Of a DNA stretch of 64,000 bases, positions 57,378 through 64,000 are shown piece after piece (the first letter of the stretch is position 1; each line of letters starts with the position of its first letter). The notes below the pieces were generated by a model. That model saw only the letters and a list, made by a program, of their open reading frames with translations, had not been told where the DNA came from and ran no database searches. The translations under genes were made by a program, and so were the position numbers. This stretch comes from Henriciella sp. (GTDB lineage: Bacteria; Pseudomonadota; Alphaproteobacteria; Caulobacterales; Hyphomonadaceae): the NCBI GenBank assembly GCA_965212615.1, contig OZ243114.1:3287745-3351744 (forward strand). Reading direction: 5' to 3'.

Positions 57378-58169
57378 ATGACACTTCGCAGCACATTCAA
57401 AGCCGCCTTTGTGGCCGCCAGCATTCTCGGTCTTTCTGCCTGTGGCGGCGGCGAGCCCGTCGACCCGGCCATGTTTGATGCCGAGGTCCAGCGTCTCGCT
57501 GATGAAGGCGACATGTATGGCGAGATTTTTCTGGTTCTGAAGGAACGCCGCCCGCGGGTGTATGGCAAGTTTCGCAATATTGCCTTGCGTGAGTTTGGCC
57601 GCGGTCGCCCAGCGCGCGAGGCCAGCTATGTGGCTGGCCTGCAAATGCGCGAGGTTTTCCTGGACGAGATCCTGTTGCTGTCGCGCAGCGCCAGCGATGA
57701 CAATGTCAAAGACATGATCGATGTGATCATCATGACTTATGAGCATCTGAACGCCGAAAATTCCGGCGATTGTGTCCGCTCGATTGAAGGCTTGCCGCCG
57801 GAAAAAGTCGAAAAATACCCGGCCGAGCTGCGCAAGCGTGAGATGCAGCTGGTCGTGGACCTGCTCAGCGCGCCCAAGGAACTGGCTAATCGCCGCGCGG
57901 CATCTGACAAGGAAGTCATCAACTGGATGGTCAATCTGTCCAGCTCCGAGCCGGCCGTCGCCGACATGTTTACCCTGTTGAATGCCGAGGACGAGCCACG
58001 CGGCAAAAACGCCACCGCCGTCTGTGATGGCATGATCACGGTGTATAAACGCCTCAGCTACAAGACGGCCGCAGATCGCGGCACCTTGTTTCGCGGCATG
58101 GCCCTGATGGCCCTGAAACAGCGCCAGGCCTTGAAGAATGCCGAAGCGCGCGAAGACGCCAAAAGCTGA
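57378..58169 (+). CDS. Hypothetical lipoprotein
   Basis: Lipobox LSAC. The composition is protein-like, whereas the overlapping minus-strand ORF (57291-58265) looks like a shadow. Confidence 0.55.
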   Translation: MTLRSTFKAAFVAASILGLSACGGGEPVDPAMFDAEVQRLADEGDMYGEIFLVLKERRPRVYGKFRNIALREFGRGRPAREASYVAGLQMREVFLDEILLLSRSASDDNVKDMIDVIIMTYEHLNAENSGDCVRSIEGLPPEKVEKYPAELRKREMQLVVDLLSAPKELANRRAASDKEVINWMVNLSSSEPAVADMFTLLNAEDEPRGKNATAVCDGMITVYKRLSYKTAADRGTLFRGMALMALKQRQALKNAEAREDAKS

Positions 58170-58240
58170 TCTGGCAAAATTTGGATTTGTATTGCTGGTC
58201 CGTCTTGCTAAGCTCTGCGGAGTGATGGAGGGATCGCGAT

Positions 58241-58960
58241 ATGTCTGAAACACCTGACGCCCCAACCCCGACAGAAGCGCACCCGCACGGCCATGTGCAA
58301 GATGCGCTGAATCAGCTCACGGCGCTGAAACTCTACACCCATTCCCCGATCCTGTACTGGTGGCCGATCTGGCTGCTGGGGTTTGTGTTCGGATTTGTCT
58401 CGATGTTTGTCGGCGGCGAAGGCACGGAAGCCGCGGCGCGGGTGCAAGGACAGACATTCGTTTTTGTGCTGATCTTTGTGATTTTCTCGACGACCGTGAA
58501 ACTGCGCGGCGCCAATTCAGTGATCCTCGGCCTGATCCTGCTGATCGGGGCGATCCTGCTGGCAACGGCGAACCTTTCCGGGCCAGTCGCTGCATTCATT
58601 GGCGGGCTGGATATTCGCATGAGCCAGTCCTTCTACTGGTTTATCGGCGTTTCGGTCTTCATCATGTGGGCGGTGATGATCTTCGGCTTTGACAAGGTGA
58701 AGTTCTACGAAATCGTTCCTGGGCAGGTGCGCGAACGGGTATTCTGGGGCAGCGGCGACCGCGCCGAAAGCGGCGCCAATGCGCGCTGCAAGTATCTCAA
58801 AGATGATTTCCTGCGCCACCGCATGCTGGGCCTGATCGTGACCGGCGATATCGAAATCACGCTTGGCGATGGCGAGGTTTGGTACTTGCACAATGTCCTG
58901 TTTGCCAAAGAGAAGGCGCGCCGGATCAATGAATTGATCGTGACCCGGCCGGTCGACTAG
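58241..58960 (+). CDS. Hypothetical membrane protein (four TM helices plus a PH-like C-terminal domain)
   Basis: Hydrophobic helices followed by a soluble C-terminal domain. Confidence 0.55.
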   Translation: MSETPDAPTPTEAHPHGHVQDALNQLTALKLYTHSPILYWWPIWLLGFVFGFVSMFVGGEGTEAAARVQGQTFVFVLIFVIFSTTVKLRGANSVILGLILLIGAILLATANLSGPVAAFIGGLDIRMSQSFYWFIGVSVFIMWAVMIFGFDKVKFYEIVPGQVRERVFWGSGDRAESGANARCKYLKDDFLRHRMLGLIVTGDIEITLGDGEVWYLHNVLFAKEKARRINELIVTRPVD

Positions 58961-59041
58961 GCGGCTTCGTGCCACGCCCAATTTGCGCAGGCATTGCCCG
59001 CGCAAGGATATTCATCCGTCCTCATCAATAGAGATGCCGGC

Positions 59042-59668
59042 CTAGCGGGCAGGTCTCAAGCTCGCATGCACGTGCGGCACATATCCGTGCGCCAGCGCCT
59101 GGCAGGTAATATGCGGGGTTAGCCGAAGCGCATGTTCAGGCAAGTCCTGCGGCGCGCCATAGCCGGAAAATGACCACGGATAGGCGCACTCCTGCCATTT
59201 CAGGAAGGCCGCGGCGCCAGTGGTGAACATAGCGCCATCCGGCAGCTCGCTTGTCCCGACTTGCTCGCGTTCCGACTTGCCCCGGACAATGTCCTGGATC
59301 TCACCAGCAATGGCGTCACTGAGGTCGCTGGCTTTCGGGCGATAGCGAAACACGCCGGACCGCACCAGCGCCTCGCGAAACCGTTTGGCGTCTGCATAGC
59401 GGCACTCATAACAAGGCCGATGCCCAGCTGCGAGGGCGGTGACTTCGTCGAGGAAGAACAGCTCAGTATAGCTGTTTTCGCGCATCAGCTGGCGCTGCCG
59501 GCCTTTGAATTCCAGCACGCAGGTGATCCATTGCCTTGTCTTCCAATGGGTCGGTTTGAGGGTCTTGTCCGCGGTGTGAAAACAGCCGCCGCGATTGCCC
59601 ATCAAGGTGCCGCGATCGGGAACCGCGTGAATGAGGCCAAAAGGATCAACGCGGTTCTGGAGAGGCAT
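59042..59668 (-). CDS. Cys/His-rich hypothetical protein translationally coupled to metG
   Basis: The junction reads TGA GCC ATG, a 3-nt gap after the metG stop. The motifs GGCFH and CYECR are present. No family was recognised. Confidence 0.5.
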   Translation of the reverse strand: MPLQNRVDPFGLIHAVPDRGTLMGNRGGCFHTADKTLKPTHWKTRQWITCVLEFKGRQRQLMRENSYTELFFLDEVTALAAGHRPCYECRYADAKRFREALVRSGVFRYRPKASDLSDAIAGEIQDIVRGKSEREQVGTSELPDGAMFTTGAAAFLKWQECAYPWSFSGYGAPQDLPEHALRLTPHITCQALAHGYVPHVHASLRPAR

Positions 59669-59671
59669 GGC

Positions 59672-61393
59672 TCAGCTCGCTTCGCCGCCGAACCGCTCGG
59701 TCCATTCGGCGACCATATCATCTTCAATCTTCTGGAACAGAACCGGCGGCGCCTGGATCGGCAGGCCGTGTGGCAGGGCGTCGAGCAGGCCGTCATCCTC
59801 TGGCGACGGCCATTTGCGATTATCCTCCGGCACGCCAAGCGTATCGAGAATGGTCTTGGCCGTGTTCGGGATCAGCGGCTGCGCGATGATGGCAAACAGG
59901 GCGACCAGGTTCAGGCCGGTGCGCACGCCGACCGCGGCGGCATCGATATCGCTCTTGTATTTTACCCATGGTTCGGCGCGGGTGAGATATTCATTGCCCG
60001 CCGCCCATAGCGCCCGGGTCTCGGCTGCGGCCTTGCGAAACTCCATGGCTTCATAATGGTCTGCGATCCGCGTCAGGCCCGCTTTCAACTCGCTTTCCAT
60101 CCAGCTTTCATGTTCGCCTGGATGGCCAGCCGAGGGCAGGGCGCCGTCAAACTTGCTGACTGTGTATTTGGTGATTCGATTGACGAAATTGCCGAGCACA
60201 TTGGCAAGGTCGGAATTGATCGCGGCCTGGAACCCTTCCCAGGTAAAGGCGGCGTCAGACCCTTCAGGTGCATTGGCCATCAAATACCAACGCCAATAAT
60301 CCGCCGGGAGCAGCTCGAGCGCCTGATCCATGAACACGCCGCGTTTCTGGCTGGTCGAGAATTTGCCACCATACCAGGTCACCCAGTTAAAGGCCTTCAG
60401 CTTGTCGACCGTCTTCCAGTCCTGCTGCGACCCGAAAATCGTTACCGGGAAGGAAACGGTATGGAAGGCGACATTATCCTTGCCCATGAACTGGACATAT
60501 TCGACATCCTGCGCGCCGTGCTCGGTGCGCCACCAGACTTTTGCGTCATTGCCGGTCGCCGTCGCCCATTCCTCGGTCGCGGCAATATATTCAATCGGCG
60601 CATCGAACCAGACATAGAAGACCTTGTCCTCGAAGCCGGGCCGGATTGATCCGTCTGGCTGGGTCACCGGCACGCCCCATTTCAAGTCGCGCGTGATGGC
60701 CCGGTCGCGCAGGCCTTCATCCAGCCATTTCAGCGCGATCGAGCGGGCCAGTTGCGGCCAATCCGTCGCGGCCTCGACCCAGTCGCGGATCTTGTCCTGC
60801 ATTTTGGACTGCAACAGGAATAGGTGGGCGGTGTCCCGGATCTCGATATTGGTGCCGCCGGACACGGCCGAATACGGATTTTTCAGATCCACCGGGTCGA
60901 GCAGGCGGCCACAATTATCACACTGGTCGCCGCGGGCCTTTTCATAATCGCAATGCGGACACGTGCCTTCGACATAGCGGTCGGGCAGGAAGCGGCCATC
61001 ATCGACGCTATAGACCTGCTCAGACACGCGCTCCTCGATCAGACCATTGGCTTCCAGCGCATAAGCAAAGCCTTGCGTCAGCGCCTTGTTCTGATCACTC
61101 GATGAGCGCCCGAACCAGTCATAAGACAGCGAGAACCCGTCGCCTGCGGAGCGCTGGATCTCATGCTGTTCATCACAATAGGCCTGTACGCTCATCTCTG
61201 CTGCCTGCGCGGCGAGTTCGGCTGGCGTGCCATGCTCATCCGTGGCGCAGATATACAGCACATCATGGCCTTGCAGGCGCTGGAAGCGCGCATACACGTC
61301 GGCGGGCAGCATCGAGCCGGCGAGATTCCCGAGATGCTTGATGCCATTGATATAAGGCAGGGCAGAGGTGATCAGGATCCGGCGTTTACTCAA
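59672..61393 (-). CDS. metG: Methionyl-tRNA synthetase (short form, without the C-terminal tRNA-binding domain)
   Basis: 573 aa with the HIGH-region variant LPYINGIKHLGN and the KMSKS region. Confidence 0.9.
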   Translation of the reverse strand: MSKRRILITSALPYINGIKHLGNLAGSMLPADVYARFQRLQGHDVLYICATDEHGTPAELAAQAAEMSVQAYCDEQHEIQRSAGDGFSLSYDWFGRSSSDQNKALTQGFAYALEANGLIEERVSEQVYSVDDGRFLPDRYVEGTCPHCDYEKARGDQCDNCGRLLDPVDLKNPYSAVSGGTNIEIRDTAHLFLLQSKMQDKIRDWVEAATDWPQLARSIALKWLDEGLRDRAITRDLKWGVPVTQPDGSIRPGFEDKVFYVWFDAPIEYIAATEEWATATGNDAKVWWRTEHGAQDVEYVQFMGKDNVAFHTVSFPVTIFGSQQDWKTVDKLKAFNWVTWYGGKFSTSQKRGVFMDQALELLPADYWRWYLMANAPEGSDAAFTWEGFQAAINSDLANVLGNFVNRITKYTVSKFDGALPSAGHPGEHESWMESELKAGLTRIADHYEAMEFRKAAAETRALWAAGNEYLTRAEPWVKYKSDIDAAAVGVRTGLNLVALFAIIAQPLIPNTAKTILDTLGVPEDNRKWPSPEDDGLLDALPHGLPIQAPPVLFQKIEDDMVAEWTERFGGEAS

Positions 61394-61504
61394 GATTCAT
61401 GTTCCCGTACAAAGGTTTACGCTGCGTTAGGCGGATTCGGCCGCAGAAGCTGTGCCTTCCTAATCGCGCGTGGGGATAATTGGAACATCCTTAAGGAGGG
61501 AACA

Positions 61505-61915
61505 ATGCCAAAAATTGCAGGTGTAAATATATTAGGTCTCGTGCTCGGGGCGCTCGCGATGTGGGTGCTCGGCTTCATCTGGTATGGAATGCTGATGTCC
61601 GACGCCTGGATGGCCGCGAGTGGCTACACAGAGCAAATGTTTGAAGGGCAAAGCCCACTCTGGATGCCTGCCGGCTTCGTGATTTCACTGCTGCTGACCT
61701 TTGGGCTTGGCTGGCATATGAAACAGAAGAGCATCACCAAACTGGATACGGCGGCGCTGTTCGGACTGTGGATGGCGCTTCTGATTGGCGTGCCGCTGCA
61801 AATGTACGGTTATGTCTATTCGCCGACCCATTCCTGGGAGCTGCTATTGATCAATAGCGGGTATACGGTTCTGACTTTTGTCGCGGCCTGCGCAATCCTG
61901 TCCTTCTTCGACTAG
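61505..61915 (+). CDS. DUF1761-family small membrane protein
   Basis: An AAGGAGGG RBS precedes it. Four hydrophobic helices. Confidence 0.55.
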   Translation: MPKIAGVNILGLVLGALAMWVLGFIWYGMLMSDAWMAASGYTEQMFEGQSPLWMPAGFVISLLLTFGLGWHMKQKSITKLDTAALFGLWMALLIGVPLQMYGYVYSPTHSWELLLINSGYTVLTFVAACAILSFFD

Positions 61916-61929
61916 GGCGCGCTTCCCGG

Positions 61930-61966
61930 ATTAAAAGAGACCCCCGGATGGCCTGGCGCCGTCCGG
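61930..61966. terminator. Bidirectional rho-independent terminator
   Basis: ACCCCCGGATGG-CCTGGCGC-CGTCCGGGGGT followed by TTC. Confidence 0.6.
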
Positions 61967-62029
61967 GGGTTTCAAGTTGAGCTCTGCCCAAGGAGGTGGA
62001 GAGCTTCTGGGAGGCGGGGCGATGGCGGC

Positions 62030-62506
62030 CTAGCTGATTTCAGGCGCCCAGGCAGCGACGCGGATCTCGACTTTGCGATCCATCGGCGTCCACAGCGTGC
62101 TGGCCGGGTCGGTGGCATCGGTGCCGGTGTCGACCCGCATGCCTTGCAGCTGATATTTGGACAGTGCCACAGAAACGGTTTCGATACGCGCGGCGGTGAG
62201 AGATTGAGCTTCTGCCTCGGACCGCGCGTCAGCCGCAGAAGCATTCAGGGAAATCTGTCCGAGGATACAGCCTTCAAGCCGCGTCTGGGCGGCTTCGAGG
62301 ATGGCGCGCGAGGCCGGCGTCAGCGCGCTGGTCCCGGCTGGGAAATAGACCTGCAACGTTTCCCCGGCGCAGTCGCTGGCGGCAGGCGGCGTGTAAGCAG
62401 TGGTTGGCGGCGCTGGCAAAGGCTGGGCACTGGCGACGCTCGGGATGGCCAAGGCGCCAGCCAGGGCGGCGGTCAGACTGGCTGTGGAGGTCAGCGTTTT
62501 GATCAT
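62030..62506 (-). CDS. Small secreted OmpA-like domain protein
   Basis: Signal peptide present. The C-terminus ends ...MDRKVEIRV, like OmpA_C. Confidence 0.6.
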   Translation of the reverse strand: MIKTLTSTASLTAALAGALAIPSVASAQPLPAPPTTAYTPPAASDCAGETLQVYFPAGTSALTPASRAILEAAQTRLEGCILGQISLNASAADARSEAEAQSLTAARIETVSVALSKYQLQGMRVDTGTDATDPASTLWTPMDRKVEIRVAAWAPEIS

Positions 62507-62649
62507 GTTCAGCTCCCGTCTTGCTTGGGCTCAGCAAACGCAGCGCAGAAGGCGAAAACATGCCCGATCAGGGATCAATTGTGGCAACTGCATGATCTTG
62601 TGATGACGCCTTGCGCTTTGCCGAGGTGCAAGATAAAGACCCGGCCAGT

Positions 62650-62725
62650 GCCCCTATAGCTCAGCTGGTAGAGCAACGGATTTGTAATCCGTAGGTCCGC
62701 GGTTCGAGTCCGTGTGGGGGCACCA
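62650..62725 (+). tRNA. tRNA-Thr (anticodon TGT)
   Basis: Hand-folded cloverleaf: GCCCCTA acceptor, D arm GCTC-AGCTGGTA-GAGC, anticodon loop TTTGTAA, T arm CGCGG-TTCGAGT-CCGTG, discriminator A, CCA. Confidence 0.9.
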
Positions 62726-62916
62726 GCCATACTGCAATAAACACTGCAGCACGAGCGGTATCGTATGTGCGATAGTTTTTCCGTCAAAAATCGTGCTTTT
62801 CCGTCAGAAAACGGTCGGTGCGGAACACAACAAGAATTTATCAAAAATCCGCTCGAAGCAAAAAAGGGGAGTCGGATCAATGGGTTATGGCAACCTCTTG
62901 ATTCTAATCAGGATTA

Positions 62917-62945
62917 TTGATTTTTGCGAATCTTCCCTATATAAT
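62917..62945 (+). promoter_or_regulatory. Near-consensus sigma70 promoter TTGATT-N17-TATAAT on the plus strand, aimed antisense into the 3' end of the DUF3800 gene
   Basis: Read directly from the sequence. Downstream are a GAGGGTCGC direct repeat and a CCGCT-AAGAAA-AGCGG hairpin. No convincing ORF follows. Confidence 0.45.
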
Positions 62946-63063
62946 CGAAGAGGGTCGCCGGTGTCCGCGTTGAGGGTCGCGCCCTTGGCACTTGGCGGTA
63001 CGCTCAGCATTTCTTCGAAGCTGGGCTAGCTGACCGCTAAGAAAAGCGGCCCGGGACCCGCAC

Positions 63064-63945
63064 CTACCGATACCCGTAATGTTTGAAGATTCTAGCTTGT
63101 TGGGCATCAAGAGCTGCCACGCGCATGGAGGGCATCAGTTTCACCCCATACCCTGCCGGCAACGAGTCGTTTGTTTCTCGGCGCCGCGCCATTCGAGAAT
63201 CCAGTTTGAACGCTGAGCGAGGATCGGGCGGCTTTCCGCGATCTTCGCGATCGCATGCGGTAAAGAAGGAGCTCGCGACAATATCAGGGAGCACCAATCC
63301 AGCACGACTATGATGCGGATACGCGTCGATCAGAGATCGATCGATAACTTCCCAGTTGATGCCGTCGTATTTGATGTGTTGTGTGTCGTCTCGATCGTGT
63401 TGGCTAAGCAGTCTATAGTACTCGACTATTTCGTTGTATCGTAAACCACCTCGGTGGCTGAACTCGATCTTCATTTTTTGAGGTTCGCCGATAATGTGCA
63501 CCGAATGTCGGTATGCATAGTCCGACATCTTTTCGAGCAATATTCTGCTCAGCCAATAGTAAAACCATTGCGACTTGTTCAATCGGCCGACTAACGTATC
63601 GCTTACCGCGTCCGCAAAAGGGTTCCGGTGACCTTTCATGTTTTTCTTGTTGGAGGCGACCACGAACGCCCTGACGGGTAGCTCAGAAAAGTACTCGCAC
63701 GCAATGATCTGCTTCGCGGGTTTCAGCTTCCTGAAATGTAGCTGCTTGGTCTGATGTGAACCGCACAGATTGAGAAGGTCTTTGTTCCACCTGGATACCT
63801 CCGGCTCGTATGCTCTCCGAATGAGAACCCCTGAAAGGATCAACCACTCACTCGCACCGTTCTTGTCGAGCGGTTTAACTTTCTTGAGTCCTGGGTCGCC
63901 CGCTTCATCAATATACGCGATGTATTCGTATTGAGGATTAAGCAT
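63064..63945 (-). CDS. DUF3800-family protein on the low-GC islet
   Basis: 293 aa with the N-terminal YIDEAGD motif typical of DUF3800. GC is about 45 percent against a genomic 62 percent. Confidence 0.6.
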   Translation of the reverse strand: MLNPQYEYIAYIDEAGDPGLKKVKPLDKNGASEWLILSGVLIRRAYEPEVSRWNKDLLNLCGSHQTKQLHFRKLKPAKQIIACEYFSELPVRAFVVASNKKNMKGHRNPFADAVSDTLVGRLNKSQWFYYWLSRILLEKMSDYAYRHSVHIIGEPQKMKIEFSHRGGLRYNEIVEYYRLLSQHDRDDTQHIKYDGINWEVIDRSLIDAYPHHSRAGLVLPDIVASSFFTACDREDRGKPPDPRSAFKLDSRMARRRETNDSLPAGYGVKLMPSMRVAALDAQQARIFKHYGYR

Positions 63946-64000
63946 GGCACAGAGTTGTTTGGAATGTCGAAGATTCGAGGATTACTGCGCTTATAGTTTG

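Larger units (their letters stand above)
62726..64000. mobile_element. Low-GC (about 45 percent) horizontally acquired islet that begins immediately 3' of tRNA-Thr and continues past the window edge
   Basis: There is an abrupt compositional shift at the tRNA 3' end. The islet has atypical codon usage and AT-rich direct repeats (TTTTCCGTCAAAAA / TTTTCCGTCAGAAAA at 62777-62811). No integrase is visible inside the window. Confidence 0.5.

Overview
This 64 kb window is high-GC (about 62 percent) chromosomal DNA with the gene content of a stalked or dimorphic alphaproteobacterium (Caulobacterales/Hyphomonadaceae-like). It carries popZ between tolC and valS, a GcrA-like mini-protein, ccmF-ccmI, purT, sodB, ilvD, xthA and metG. 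Most of it is core metabolism and housekeeping. Interspersed are secreted proteins and lipoproteins, two paralogous S9 peptidases, several beta-lactamase-fold hydrolases and acyl-CoA metabolism genes. Many long ORFs in the track are antisense shadows typical of high-GC DNA and were discarded.

The most unusual items are:
(1) a complete tRNA cloverleaf with a GAG (Leu) anticodon but a class-I (short variable arm) architecture, sitting alone in a 590 bp gap;
(2) a CcmG-CcmH fusion protein inside the ccm operon;
(3) a secreted protein with seven tandem 16-residue repeats, clustered with two other exported proteins;
(4) an MGS-like/amidohydrolase fusion;
(5) a protein corresponding only to the GcrA C-terminal domain, next to a TipN-like coiled-coil membrane protein;
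(6) a roughly 55-residue low-GC insertion inside valS;
(7) a low-GC (about 45 percent) islet that starts exactly at the 3' end of tRNA-Thr(TGT), encodes a DUF3800 protein, and has a near-consensus sigma70 promoter firing antisense into that gene.

Several operator-like inverted repeats are also clearly visible upstream of padR, the arsR-SRPBCC pair, a pair of divergent small secreted proteins, and an S9 peptidase.
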